From Escherichia phage vB_EcoM_ESCO10: a DNA stretch of 64,000 nt. Below the pieces are notes generated by a model. That model saw only the letters and a list, made by a program, of their open reading frames with translations. It was not told the DNA's origin and did not search any database. Position 1 is the stretch's first letter. Every line of letters starts with the position of its first letter. Positions 30,381 through 40,751 of the stretch are shown one piece after another. Both the position numbers and the translations under genes were made by a program. Location of the stretch: the sequence record OM386655.1; one strand, given 5' to 3'.

Positions 30381-31328
30381 TTAATAGAAATCAGCTACTG
30401 TAGCGGTTAGTTTAGACAAACCTGATTTAACGAAATAAGGATAAACTTTAGATTTCGAAGGTTTGATGTAGTTATTATATCTTTCAGTAATTAAAGCAAC
30501 AATATCATCTGGGATAAAGTCCATATCAATTAAGATTTGGTTTTCACAGAAACGTTCATATTGTTCTTCAGTAAGAAGTGTTTTAATTATATCATGGTCG
30601 TAATAATTCAGAGCAATTGCTTCAAGTTCTTTAGCACGAGTACTTGGAGTACGTTCGCCTTCAACCATGGTCAACCAATAATCACCGCGAACTTTAATAC
30701 TTGCGACGTTATCCTTGCGGTCGCCTTTAACAACTTTAGTTACACAATCAAGCAACGAGTCACCGGATTTTGTTTTGACGAATTTTTTCTGCATTGGGGA
30801 CCATTGTTTTACCCCAGGGAATTTATGAAGTTGGGTAAAGTCACCGTCAGAAGAACCAATCATTATAGGGTGGCCTAAAGCAGTGAGGATTCGAGTCAAA
30901 ACAGCAATATGGTCATCAGCCTCGATTGTATCGATATTCATAACAATATAAGGCATGTTTTGTTCTAGTTCATCCACAATAATATGCATTGCAGTAAATA
31001 GACCTTCCCAATCAAATGGCGATTCATCACGTGCCTTAGCACGGTTTTTCTTATAATAAGAAGAATAACGACGTCGCCAATACCCTGATTTAGAGTTATC
31101 AACGCAAACGATTAATTGGTTGTAACCTTGTTTTTTAAAGTCTTTAATATTTTTCTTAATTGAGTTCAGCACGAGGTGCCGAAGCATTGCTGTGGTTACT
31201 TTAGGAAATCCAGCGTTTTCACCGAATTCTTGGAAGGCCGCAGCCATAATGATTTGGCTAAAGTCTAACAATAAAAATCCGTCTTTTTGTCGTTCTTCTT
31301 CAGGAAGTAAAAAATCTAAATCGTTCAT
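30381..31328 (-). CDS. rnh: RNase H / 5'-3' exonuclease (FEN-1 family)
   Basis: Strong similarity to recalled T4 RNase H (GYWRR.YS.YYKKNR.KAR ... EADDHIAVL ... SSDGDFTQLHK); start taken as MNDLDF.. since the track first ATG lies inside the promoter -10. Confidence 0.85.
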   Translation of the reverse strand: MNDLDFLLPEEERQKDGFLLLDFSQIIMAAAFQEFGENAGFPKVTTAMLRHLVLNSIKKNIKDFKKQGYNQLIVCVDNSKSGYWRRRYSSYYKKNRAKARDESPFDWEGLFTAMHIIVDELEQNMPYIVMNIDTIEADDHIAVLTRILTALGHPIMIGSSDGDFTQLHKFPGVKQWSPMQKKFVKTKSGDSLLDCVTKVVKGDRKDNVASIKVRGDYWLTMVEGERTPSTRAKELEAIALNYYDHDIIKTLLTEEQYERFCENQILIDMDFIPDDIVALITERYNNYIKPSKSKVYPYFVKSGLSKLTATVADFY

Positions 31329-31358
31329 ATGAACCTCTGTCCAATTAGTGTAGGAGTT

Positions 31359-31388
31359 CATTATATCATGGCCCTAGAAGAAGTAAAC
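31359..31388 (-). promoter_or_regulatory. early promoter GTTTAC-N18-TATAAT for rnh
   Basis: Consensus elements on minus strand immediately upstream of rnh; back-to-back with the gp34 late promoter. Confidence 0.5.
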
Positions 31389-31395
31389 ACTTTGC

Positions 31396-31403
31396 TATAA
31401 ATA
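31396..31403 (+). promoter_or_regulatory. late promoter TATAAATA for gene 34
   Basis: Exact T4 late -10 consensus 33 nt upstream of gp34 ATG. Confidence 0.6.
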
Positions 31404-31435
31404 GTTCTATACCCTGAAAACGAAAAGGAAATAAA

Positions 31436-34400
31436 ATGGCTGATATTTTAAAACCTGCATTCCGTGCTACATCCGGACTCGATGCTGCGGGCGAGAAAGT
31501 TATCAATGTTGCCAAAGCCGATTACAATGTACTAGATGATGGCGTCAACGTTGAATTCTTTATAGATGAGAACACCATCCAAGCGTACGACGAGACGCGC
31601 GGATATAAGAAAGGGTTTGCAGTAATCCATGACCAACGTATTTGGGTTGCTCAACGTGATATTGATGCCCCTGCTGGAACTTTTGTACCTGGTTATTGGA
31701 CTGCCACTCGTACCGACCCTAAATGGATTACTGTGGCATCTCCTACACGCCAGTTGGCTTCCGGTGAATATATTGCAGTAGATTCAGCTGCAAGCTTTAC
31801 TACATTTACGTTACCTCCGAATCCTACAGACGGGGATACCGTTGTAATTAAGGATATCGGCGGGCGAGTAGGTTATAATGAAATAAAGGTCCAATCTAGT
31901 TCTGCTCCGGGCGGTGGTAATCAGAAAATTGTACGTTTCGGTAACCAGTTCACTGAAACTCTGATTACTAAACCTTTTTCTTATAACATGATTATCTTTG
32001 CCAACCGTTTATGGCATTTCTGGGAAGCCGGTAACGAAGAACGCGGTGTTCGTGTAGAACCTAACACGGCCCAGTTCCAGGCCCAAGCAGGTGATAATGT
32101 TTTACGTCGTTATACTTCAGGCGCAGTAATTAAATTTACTCTTCCTAAGTATGCTAACCAAGGTGATATGATTAAAACCGTTGATATCGATGGCCTTGGA
32201 AGTAAGTTCCATTTAATCGTTGAAACATTCGATGCTTCGTCTGCTTTAGGTAAACAAGGTCAGCATAGTATGGAATTCCGTACCTCTGGTGATGGATTCT
32301 TCGTTTATAACTCTACAGAAAAATTATGGTATGTTTGGGATGGTGACCGTCAAACTCGACTGCGTGTTATTCGTGATGACGTAGAACTATTGGCTAACGA
32401 AAGTATTATTGTTTTTGGTCCTAATAACACGACTCCTCAGACAATTAATATTACATTACCTACCGGTGTTGCCCAAGGTGATACGGTTAAAATTGCTCTG
32501 AACTATCTTCGTAAAGCGCAGACGGTAAATATTAAAGCTGCTGTAGGAGATAAGATTGCTTCTTCTGTTCAATTGCTTCAGTTCCCTAAACGTTCAGAAT
32601 ATCCGCCTGATACTGAATGGGTGTTAAATGATGTACTAACCTTCAATGGTAATTTGAGCTATACCCCGGTTATTGAACTGAGTTATATAGAAGACAACAC
32701 TACAGGTGGAAAATATTGGGTTGTTGCTCAGAACGTTCCTACTGTAGAGCGTGTAGATTCTAAGGACGATTTAACTCGTGCTCGTCTTGGTGTTATTGCT
32801 CTGGCAAGCCAGACTCAAGCTAACGTTGACCATGAAAATAACCCTGAAAAAGAATTGGCTATTACTCCGCAGACTTTGGCTAACCGTGTAGCGACTGAAT
32901 CACGTCGTGGTATTGCTCGTATTGCTACAACTGCTCAAGTAAATCAGAACACCGGATTTGCATTCCAGGATGATTTGATTATTTCTCCTAAGAAATTAAA
33001 CGAACGTACTGCTACTGAAACTCGTCGTGGTGTCGCTGAAATTGCTACGCAACAGGAAACTGATGCTGGTGTTGATGATACAACCATTATCACTCCTAAG
33101 AAGCTACAGACGCGCCAGGGAACTGAAGACCTCTCAGGTATAGTAAAATATGTATCTACTGTAGGAACCACTCCTGCCGATACTAGAGAAAACGTAGGTA
33201 CTAACGTTTATAATAAGAACACAACTACGTTGGTTATTTCTCCTAAAGCTTTAGACCAATATAAAGCTGACCAAAATAACCAAGGTGCCGTATATCTTGC
33301 TACGCAAGCGGAAACCGATGCAGGTGCTACTAATCCGGGATTTAGTAACTCAGTTGTTACTCCTGAAACATTAGGTGCTCGTCGTTCTACTGATACTAAT
33401 CATGGTTTGATTGAAATTGCTACGCAAGTTGAAGTCAACGCCGGAACTGATTATACACGTGCGGTAACGCCTAAGACGTTAAATGATAGGAAAGCTACTG
33501 AAGCTTTAAGTGGTATAGCAGAGATTGCTACTCAGGTAGAATTTGATGCTGGTACTGATGATACTCGTATTTCAACTCCGTTGAAAATTAAAACAAGATT
33601 TAATAATACTGCTAGAACTTCTGTCTCAGCAGCCAGTGGTTTGATTGAATCAGGAACCTTATGGAACCATTATACACTAGATATCAGTGAAGCAAGTAAT
33701 ACCCAACGTGGTACAGCTCGTCTGGCTACACAAACCGAAGTTAACGTTGGTACTGATGACAAAACCATCATTACTCCTCTTAAACTTCAAGCTAAAAAGG
33801 CTACTGAATCCTCTGAAGGTATCGTTAAAATCGCTACGCGAGCAGAGACTATTACCGGAACGAGTATTATTACTGCTGTATCTCCAGGTAGTTTAAAATG
33901 GATTGTACAGTCTGAGCCGACTTGGGCAGCAACCACGACGACCCGCGGCTTTGCTAAGATGTCTGAAGGCGCAATTACTTTTGTTGGTAATGCAACTGCA
34001 GGTTCTACTCAGGCTCTTGACTTGTACGAGAAAAATAGCTATGCTATCTCTCCGTATGAGTTAAACAAAACCCTTGGTAACTTCCTGCCACGTCTGGCTA
34101 AAGCGGTAGACTCTGATAAACTGGACAACCTGGATAGCACGCAGTTTATTCGTCGTGACGTAGCCCAGGATATTAACGCTGCTATGACATTTAAACAGCC
34201 TGTAAGAATTGAAAGTACTTTAACCGTTACAGGTGTGGTTAATTTGAGTGGTTCTATTACTTCAAATAATACTACATTAACCGGTTCTACTACAATCAAT
34301 AGCAATTCTACAGTAGGTGCTCTGAATTACATTGAGTTTACTTCAGAATCTCAAGGTTCCGGTACTTGGAACTCCCAACATGATAGTAATGTTAAAGCTC

Positions 34401-35311
34401 CTGTATTTTTAAATATAACTACTCCGGCAGGCTCATCTAGATATGTTCCTTTAATTAAGCAACGTTATAAAGATGGGACATTTACCTTTGGTACATTGAT
34501 AAATGAACCCACCTCAAATGATGAAGGTGCTTTTATTCTTCACTATATAGATGCGATAAAAACCCAGCGCAAATGGACCTTTAGACGGAATGGTGATTTA
34601 GAAATAACTACAGGTAATTTCGTTCTTGGTGATGGGTCTGCTATAATTAACGGCGGTCTTAGTGTTACTAAAGCTTCAGGTATCACAACCACTGGGCTAG
34701 TTGCTAATAGTGAATCCAGATTCGAAGGCGCTGTTACTATTAACAACTTCCTTACGGTAAGCAACAAAACCACACTTAACAACGGCTTAGCTGTTCAGAA
34801 ATATGCAAGGGTTGCAGGAGATAAGACTTCTGATATCTATAGTAGAAAACCTACAATGGATACCGCAGGTTTTTGGTCTGTTGACATTAATGATTCAACC
34901 ACATATAACCAATTCCCAGGTTATTTCAAAATGGTTGAAAAGACCAACGAAGTAACAGGTTTGCCTTATCTGGTTCGTGGTGAAGAAGTTAAGTCTCCAG
35001 GTACTTTGACTCAGTTTGGTAACACTCTGAACTCACTTTACCAGGATTGGATTACCTATCCAAACACTGCAGACGGAAGCACCACTCGTTGGACCCGTAC
35101 CTGGCAGCAAAATAAAAATGCTTGGTCTGGATTTGTTCAGGTATTTGATGGCGGTAACCCACCTCAACCATCTGATATCGGTGCATTGCCTTCTGATAAC
35201 GCATCGATGAGTAACTTGACTATTCGTGACTGGTTAAGAATCGGAAACGTTCGTATAGTTCCAGACCCAGTAACTCGTTCAGTTAAATTTGAATGGATCG
35301 ATACACCATAA
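31436..35311 (+). CDS. 34: long tail fibre proximal subunit gp34
   Basis: 1291 aa (T4 gp34 is 1289 aa); repetitive Thr/Gly/Asn/Val-rich beta-structure; first gene of the 34-35-36-37-38 block. Confidence 0.8.
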   Translation: MADILKPAFRATSGLDAAGEKVINVAKADYNVLDDGVNVEFFIDENTIQAYDETRGYKKGFAVIHDQRIWVAQRDIDAPAGTFVPGYWTATRTDPKWITVASPTRQLASGEYIAVDSAASFTTFTLPPNPTDGDTVVIKDIGGRVGYNEIKVQSSSAPGGGNQKIVRFGNQFTETLITKPFSYNMIIFANRLWHFWEAGNEERGVRVEPNTAQFQAQAGDNVLRRYTSGAVIKFTLPKYANQGDMIKTVDIDGLGSKFHLIVETFDASSALGKQGQHSMEFRTSGDGFFVYNSTEKLWYVWDGDRQTRLRVIRDDVELLANESIIVFGPNNTTPQTINITLPTGVAQGDTVKIALNYLRKAQTVNIKAAVGDKIASSVQLLQFPKRSEYPPDTEWVLNDVLTFNGNLSYTPVIELSYIEDNTTGGKYWVVAQNVPTVERVDSKDDLTRARLGVIALASQTQANVDHENNPEKELAITPQTLANRVATESRRGIARIATTAQVNQNTGFAFQDDLIISPKKLNERTATETRRGVAEIATQQETDAGVDDTTIITPKKLQTRQGTEDLSGIVKYVSTVGTTPADTRENVGTNVYNKNTTTLVISPKALDQYKADQNNQGAVYLATQAETDAGATNPGFSNSVVTPETLGARRSTDTNHGLIEIATQVEVNAGTDYTRAVTPKTLNDRKATEALSGIAEIATQVEFDAGTDDTRISTPLKIKTRFNNTARTSVSAASGLIESGTLWNHYTLDISEASNTQRGTARLATQTEVNVGTDDKTIITPLKLQAKKATESSEGIVKIATRAETITGTSIITAVSPGSLKWIVQSEPTWAATTTTRGFAKMSEGAITFVGNATAGSTQALDLYEKNSYAISPYELNKTLGNFLPRLAKAVDSDKLDNLDSTQFIRRDVAQDINAAMTFKQPVRIESTLTVTGVVNLSGSITSNNTTLTGSTTINSNSTVGALNYIEFTSESQGSGTWNSQHDSNVKAPVFLNITTPAGSSRYVPLIKQRYKDGTFTFGTLINEPTSNDEGAFILHYIDAIKTQRKWTFRRNGDLEITTGNFVLGDGSAIINGGLSVTKASGITTTGLVANSESRFEGAVTINNFLTVSNKTTLNNGLAVQKYARVAGDKTSDIYSRKPTMDTAGFWSVDINDSTTYNQFPGYFKMVEKTNEVTGLPYLVRGEEVKSPGTLTQFGNTLNSLYQDWITYPNTADGSTTRWTRTWQQNKNAWSGFVQVFDGGNPPQPSDIGALPSDNASMSNLTIRDWLRIGNVRIVPDPVTRSVKFEWIDTP

Positions 35312-35319
35312 GAGGTAAT

Positions 35320-36447
35320 ATGGAAAGATTTATGGCTGAATTTGGACAAAACTATGTTCAAATTCCTGTATTATCTGAAAATAACGCCGTTCGATATAAA
35401 CTTAGTATAGCAGGGAGCTGTACTAAGTCTACCGTAAAGGCTTATGTTAAATTTCAAGATGAGGTCTTCGGACCTCAAAACTTTTTACCAGGGCTTAATC
35501 TTGTTGAAATAGACCCTGTAACTAACACAATAACGGCCTCTAAGAATTACCAGCTTACAAGTTCCCATGATACTATATCTCAAGCCTTTATAACATATGT
35601 GAACTCTATTCCGGCCAACAGAATAGTTTGCTTAATTTCCTCCGGAAGGCTATTTGCTTCACAGACATTAATAGATTGGTTTAAGGCTGCTGGAAGTACG
35701 GTATTTCCGGATAAATGGCTTATTGATAAAGTAGAACCAAGTTATTCGGCTTTTTATGTTTCGGGTCGAAATGCTATAGTAAAAGAGCATGTGCTTTATA
35801 ACGATGGCATTTTGGTTGAAGATGTATCAACCCCTTTAGAAATGGTTTATGACACTATTAATGATGTAGGAGCCACAGGATTCCCACTTCGTATTATAGA
35901 AGATGAAACCGAATACTTTAGTAGCGGAAGCCAAGAAATTAAACGTTTCCCTACTTCAGAGACCATAACTCCTATGGCAAATTATAATATGAAACCTGGT
36001 GATTGGTTTTATATTAAATTCCAAAGTAATTATGATGCTGCATTGAAGGCTGAAGGAACAACCCAAGTTTCAGTTAGGTTCTTTAATGGGCTTTCATTAA
36101 TCCAGTCCACTGATATGGATATTCCTGTGGGCGCCGGTTCTCCTCCAGCAGGAGCATGGATGAGTTTTGAGCGTTATATTCAAGCCCCAGCAAATTCTGA
36201 CGGATTCACAGTTTATGCTCGTAAAACGGTAAATGTGGGTATTGGCGGTCTTAGAAATATATCATTCGGTGAAATATCCTCGCAAGAACCTCAACCTAAA
36301 GATGCTGAAATCGGTGTGAATGGTATGCGTATGAACTTTGGTACAGAAACACTTAACTTGGCTCCTGATTTGATTTCTCAGTTGAATGATAAAGCTAGTG
36401 GTTATGCAGGCAAGGTATTTGCTGCAGAGTTTAAAGAAAAATATTAG
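35320..36447 (+). CDS. 35: long tail fibre hinge protein gp35
   Basis: Track ORF 35293..36447 overlaps gp34 3' end; ATG at 35320 follows RBS AAGAGG and gives MERFMAEF.. (375 aa; T4 gp35 is 372 aa). Confidence 0.65.
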   Translation: MERFMAEFGQNYVQIPVLSENNAVRYKLSIAGSCTKSTVKAYVKFQDEVFGPQNFLPGLNLVEIDPVTNTITASKNYQLTSSHDTISQAFITYVNSIPANRIVCLISSGRLFASQTLIDWFKAAGSTVFPDKWLIDKVEPSYSAFYVSGRNAIVKEHVLYNDGILVEDVSTPLEMVYDTINDVGATGFPLRIIEDETEYFSSGSQEIKRFPTSETITPMANYNMKPGDWFYIKFQSNYDAALKAEGTTQVSVRFFNGLSLIQSTDMDIPVGAGSPPAGAWMSFERYIQAPANSDGFTVYARKTVNVGIGGLRNISFGEISSQEPQPKDAEIGVNGMRMNFGTETLNLAPDLISQLNDKASGYAGKVFAAEFKEKY

Positions 36448-36462
36448 GAACCTTCGGGTTCC
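36447..36462 (+). terminator. intrinsic terminator GGAACC-ttcg-GGTTCC plus T-run after gene 35
   Basis: Perfect 6-bp stem, UUCG loop, followed by TTTTTCGTTTC; overlaps gp35 stop. Confidence 0.6.
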
Positions 36463-36474
36463 TTTTTCGTTTCT

Positions 36475-36482
36475 ATAAATAC
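36475..36482 (+). promoter_or_regulatory. late promoter TATAAATA for genes 36-37-38
   Basis: Exact late consensus 23 nt upstream of gp36 ATG; no separate late box found before 37 or 38. Confidence 0.6.
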
Positions 36483-36504
36483 TCTTATTAATAAGGGGAA
36501 CACT

Positions 36505-37164
36505 ATGGCTGATTTAAAATTAGGCTCTACAGCAGGTGGTTCAGTTCTTTGGCACCAAGGTAACTTTCCATTAACTCCTGTAAGCAACGACGTTTATTAT
36601 AAAACGTATAAGATTTATTCTGAATTCAATAAACCTAAAGCCGCGGATAATGATTTCGTTTCTAAAGCTAGCGGTGGTAATTATTTAAGCGTTGTTGGAT
36701 TTGATAAAGATTTACAGTTTAAAGACACCGATGGGTATTGGGTTAAATTAGGACGTAAAGTAAACAACTCTCCGATGTCGGCTGCATATTCTTTCTCTTT
36801 TAGAATGAGTAAAGGAATGGGTCTTGAGACATCTGATGGTACTCCATTTGTTATTTTCGACCCCAGTACAGTGGTCGGCGCAAACCGTCTTACTGTTATG
36901 GGCGATATTTTAGGTCGTCATCTTAAAGATGAATCTGGGAGAGTATTTTCACCGGGTAATACCCCTACTAAAGCTCAGGTAGGTTTAAGTGACGTAGACA
37001 ACGCAAAACAGGTTCAAATAAATAATACTAGCTTACAGACAATGGCTGGTGTTTTGTCTGCACCAAATTTTATATCTAGGAACCCAGGTACATTGAACGA
37101 ACACGTTCCTCGTATTGACCAGGTTGTTCTTAGAGGCACATACGAAGATTTTGGATATTATTAA
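36505..37164 (+). CDS. 36: long tail fibre distal connector gp36
   Basis: 219 aa (T4 gp36 is 221 aa); synteny. Confidence 0.7.
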   Translation: MADLKLGSTAGGSVLWHQGNFPLTPVSNDVYYKTYKIYSEFNKPKAADNDFVSKASGGNYLSVVGFDKDLQFKDTDGYWVKLGRKVNNSPMSAAYSFSFRMSKGMGLETSDGTPFVIFDPSTVVGANRLTVMGDILGRHLKDESGRVFSPGNTPTKAQVGLSDVDNAKQVQINNTSLQTMAGVLSAPNFISRNPGTLNEHVPRIDQVVLRGTYEDFGYY

Positions 37165-37172
37165 GAGGCAAT

Positions 37173-40100
37173 ATGGCTACTTTAAAAGCGATACAATTTA
37201 AAAGAAGTAAGACAGCTGGTGCCAAGCCTACTGTAGACCAGTTGGTTGAAGGTGAACTGGCTATTAACTTACGCGACCGTACGATTTATACAAAAACCGA
37301 CCAGAATCAGATTATTGACCTTGGCTTTGCTAAAGGTGGACAGGTTGATGGTGATATTCTCCAGAACGGCACATTTAACCTCAATGGTAATATGTTCGTT
37401 TACGCTGGTAAGTATATTGAATTCCTGCCTAAAACTGCGGGTAATGGCGCCTGGGCAAACCAACATTTAACTAAAGCTCCTATCTTTGCAGATTTAAGTT
37501 CAACTGCCTCAGTATCAGAATATCATCCTCTGATTAAGCAACGTTATAAAGACGGTACTTTTTCTGCTGGTACATTAGTAAGCGAAGGCTCATTTAGAGT
37601 TCATTATATTGATTCTACAGCTCCAGACAATTCTAAACACTGGGTCTTTAATCGAAATGGTAATTTCATCGTAGATTCTGGTAGTATTGAAGTTCGTACC
37701 GGTAATATTTCTGCTTCAGGCAATATTAACTCTGCTAATGGTATTATCACTGGTCCTGAAATTGTTACTAAAAATATTAATTTCAGTACAAAACCATTTA
37801 TAGCTAATGCCAACATTGGATATGATTGGGTTTCTTTACCTACTTGGGTTTATAACCCACCGGCTGATGGTTCTGATAATACTACTAACGGTTTAAACTA
37901 TTTGCGTAAATTGCGTGCATCAAGTGCATCAAGTATTTTCCATGAAATTGCTGATTGTCGAAAAGGCAAGCCACAAGAAATTTCCTGGTGGACCGGTGTA
38001 GGTCCGGCATCTTTCCAATGGGCGTTTGATACCTCTGGGCGTATTACCGCAGGTAAATCTATTTCAGTAGGTCTTCCTGATAACGGGGCAAATGGGCGTT
38101 ATCCTTTAGATTCAGCTATTTCTATTGGTATTGCCATCGGTGATAACGATACAGGTATTAAATGGGTCCGTGACGGTGTTTACGACCTGATGGCCAATGG
38201 TATTTCATCTGCTACTATTTTGAATAACGGTATTAATAGTACTAAAAAATTGATGGTTGGTTATAGCCGAGATTCAGGTTCTACTTGGGATTTCCCGAAT
38301 AATAACCAAGCAATGTTTACTGCGCGTACTGATGTTGATGGCAATAATAACGGCGATGGTCAGACTCATATCGGTTATAGCAGCAATGCTAAAATGTATC
38401 ACTATTTCCGTGGCGCGGGTCGTATGTCCGTTAGTATGGCCGAAGGGCTTATTGTTGAACCAGGAATTTTAGATATTAAAACCGGTTCCAATAGCGTTGC
38501 TATTAGAGCGGACGGAACAATTAACTCCACCCAGCGTATTTCTATGCGTACGGGCTTGTTTTTAAATGGTGATGATAATACTAATGCTTTATCGTTTAAA
38601 GCGCCTTCTGGTGTTGATGGTACTAAAACTATCAATTGGGACGCGGGTATTCGTAACGGTCAAAACAAAAACACTGTAACACTTAAAGCTTGGGGTAATT
38701 CATTTAATGCAGGCGGCGGTAACAGAGAAACTGTATTTGAAGTATCGGATTCACAAGGTTATTATTTTTATGCCCAGCGTACCAATCCGGCCGTTGCCGG
38801 AGGTATAGGACCTGTCAACTTTAAGTTTAACGGAACTATTGAAACAGGTCATATCATAGGCCTTGGTGATATTACTGCTTCCGGTACAGGTTCTTTTGGT
38901 GGCAATGTTACCATGACTAATGGCCTGTTTGTCCAAGGTGGTTCTTCTATTACCGGCCAAGTTAAAATCGGTGGAACAGCTGATGCATTAAGAATTTGGA
39001 ATGCTGAATATGGCGCTATTTTCCGTCGTTCCGAAGATAAGCTTTATATTATTCCAACTCCGCAGAATGCTGGAGAATCAGGTGGTATTTCTAATTTACG
39101 TCCGTTCTACATTACATTAAGTACTGGTCAAGTTTCTATGGACCATGTAGTAGATATCGGCGGTGGTAGATTTAAAGTAGATACAACTGGTACTACGGCT
39201 GGCCAACGTATTACAGTTAATGCAGCAAGCGATGCTGTTGTATTAAATGCCCCTAATCAAGAATCATCCAACTTTATCCAGGGTCGTAAAGCCAATGTTA
39301 CTAAATGGTATCTTGGTATTGGCGATGGTGGTAACGTTGTTCGTATGCACAACTATACATATGCGCACGGTATTGCGTTGAATGCTGATACTGTTGATAT
39401 AACCAAGGCGCTTAAAATTGGTTCCGATATTCGTATTGGTCTTGATGGCAATATTACAGGCAGCACTGCATTAGAAAACTTTAAAAACCTGAACACCACT
39501 TTAAACCGTAAAGTTAATGTCGGAACTTGGTCGGGTGGTGCGGCTGCGGGTTGGTATAAATTTGCTACTGTAACTATGCCTCAAAGTGTGGCTACTGCCC
39601 AATTTAAAATTACTGGCGGTAACGGATATAATGTCAATTCATCGGAACAAGCCACAATTACTGAAATAGTTCTTAGAACTGGTAATAACAACCCTAAGGG
39701 TATTAATGCCACCTTATGGGCGCGCACAGGTAATGGATTTACTAATATAGCAACAATTAATACCTCCGGCGATGACTATGATGTTTACCTATACGTTGGA
39801 ACTTACGCGGACAAACTTATAGTCGAATATGATTATACAGCAAACACCCGTTATATTTCGGTAGTCGGTCTTAATGATGTGAATCAAACCCCAGTCGCGG
39901 AATTACCTACTGGTCACCAGCGCGGACAAGTGTATATGATGTATTCTGATGCTCAGATACCTTATCCGGTGGGTGCTCCGATTCCATGGCCGAGCGATTC
40001 AGTTCCAGCCGGATTTGCTTTAATGGAAGGTCAAACCTTTGATACCGGAGCTTATCCTAAACTAGCTGCAGCTTATCCGTCGGGTACTATTCCGGATATG

Positions 40101-40721
40101 CGTGGACAGACTATTAAAGGTAAACCAAGTGGTCGTGCAGTGTTGAGTGCAGAAGCTGATGGTATTAAGTCTCACAACCATGGCGGCTCTGTTGCGAGTA
40201 CTGATTTAGGTACTAAAAACACCTCATCATTTGATTATGGTACTAAAAACACCTCATCATTTGATTATGGTACTAAAACCAGCAACACAACAGGTAACCA
40301 TAACCATAGCGTTAGTGGCAATACTGGCGCAGCAGGTAATCATCAGCACTCACAGACAGGTCCAAGAGGTCCTAATAATCAACCAACAGGAATATTTCCT
40401 AATGGAGCTACTCAAATTAGTGGAACCCAGGTTGTTTCTTTTGGCATAAGCAACGGTGTTGTGCCTGGTGTAAACCAATATATTGCAAAGTCATCGACAG
40501 AAGGTAACCATACACACTCTTGGTCTGGAACTACAAATACCACCGGTAACCATGCCCACACCGTTGGTATCGGTGCTCATAGTCATTCGGTCGGTATTGG
40601 TGCTCATAGTCATTCGGTTGCAATCGGGTCCCACGGTCATGGTCTTACCATAAATAGTACAGGTAATACAGAAAACACGGTTAAAAACATTGCTTTTAAC
40701 TATATCGTTCGCTTAGCATAA
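37173..40721 (+). CDS. 37: long tail fibre distal subunit gp37 (receptor-binding tip)
   Basis: 1182 aa; Gly/Thr/Asn-rich beta-structure; C-terminal His-x-His repeats (GNHNHS, GNHQHS, GAHSHS) as in the T4 gp37 needle domain; RBS AGAGG. Confidence 0.8.
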   Translation: MATLKAIQFKRSKTAGAKPTVDQLVEGELAINLRDRTIYTKTDQNQIIDLGFAKGGQVDGDILQNGTFNLNGNMFVYAGKYIEFLPKTAGNGAWANQHLTKAPIFADLSSTASVSEYHPLIKQRYKDGTFSAGTLVSEGSFRVHYIDSTAPDNSKHWVFNRNGNFIVDSGSIEVRTGNISASGNINSANGIITGPEIVTKNINFSTKPFIANANIGYDWVSLPTWVYNPPADGSDNTTNGLNYLRKLRASSASSIFHEIADCRKGKPQEISWWTGVGPASFQWAFDTSGRITAGKSISVGLPDNGANGRYPLDSAISIGIAIGDNDTGIKWVRDGVYDLMANGISSATILNNGINSTKKLMVGYSRDSGSTWDFPNNNQAMFTARTDVDGNNNGDGQTHIGYSSNAKMYHYFRGAGRMSVSMAEGLIVEPGILDIKTGSNSVAIRADGTINSTQRISMRTGLFLNGDDNTNALSFKAPSGVDGTKTINWDAGIRNGQNKNTVTLKAWGNSFNAGGGNRETVFEVSDSQGYYFYAQRTNPAVAGGIGPVNFKFNGTIETGHIIGLGDITASGTGSFGGNVTMTNGLFVQGGSSITGQVKIGGTADALRIWNAEYGAIFRRSEDKLYIIPTPQNAGESGGISNLRPFYITLSTGQVSMDHVVDIGGGRFKVDTTGTTAGQRITVNAASDAVVLNAPNQESSNFIQGRKANVTKWYLGIGDGGNVVRMHNYTYAHGIALNADTVDITKALKIGSDIRIGLDGNITGSTALENFKNLNTTLNRKVNVGTWSGGAAAGWYKFATVTMPQSVATAQFKITGGNGYNVNSSEQATITEIVLRTGNNNPKGINATLWARTGNGFTNIATINTSGDDYDVYLYVGTYADKLIVEYDYTANTRYISVVGLNDVNQTPVAELPTGHQRGQVYMMYSDAQIPYPVGAPIPWPSDSVPAGFALMEGQTFDTGAYPKLAAAYPSGTIPDMRGQTIKGKPSGRAVLSAEADGIKSHNHGGSVASTDLGTKNTSSFDYGTKNTSSFDYGTKTSNTTGNHNHSVSGNTGAAGNHQHSQTGPRGPNNQPTGIFPNGATQISGTQVVSFGISNGVVPGVNQYIAKSSTEGNHTHSWSGTTNTTGNHAHTVGIGAHSHSVGIGAHSHSVAIGSHGHGLTINSTGNTENTVKNIAFNYIVRLA
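40209..40279 (+). repeat. 30-nt perfect tandem direct repeat (2.4 copies) inside gp37 C-terminal region
   Basis: ggtactaaaaacacctcatcatttgattat x2 then a partial copy; encodes GTKNTSSFDY GTKNTSSFDY GTK. Confidence 0.8.
40553..40633 (+). repeat. three degenerate 27-nt tandem repeats encoding V/AGIGxHxHx units in gp37 tip
   Basis: gttggtatcggtgctcatagtcattcg / gtcggtattggtgctcatagtcattcg / gttgcaatcgggtcccacggtcatggt. Confidence 0.75.
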
Positions 40722-40751
40722 GGAGAGGGGCTTCGGCCCCTTCTAAATATG
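40722..40751 (+). promoter_or_regulatory. gene 38 translation-initiation region: SD GGAG separated from AUG by a UUCG hairpin (split RBS)
   Basis: GGAG at 40722, hairpin GGGGC-ttcg-GCCCC at 40727..40740, ATG at 40749; linear SD-AUG spacing about 23 nt. Confidence 0.55.

Noticed and set aside
40741-40748. TCTAAATA as a separate late promoter for gene 38
   Set aside because: Imperfect match lying between the hairpin and the ATG; gene 38 is more simply co-transcribed from the gene 36 late promoter.
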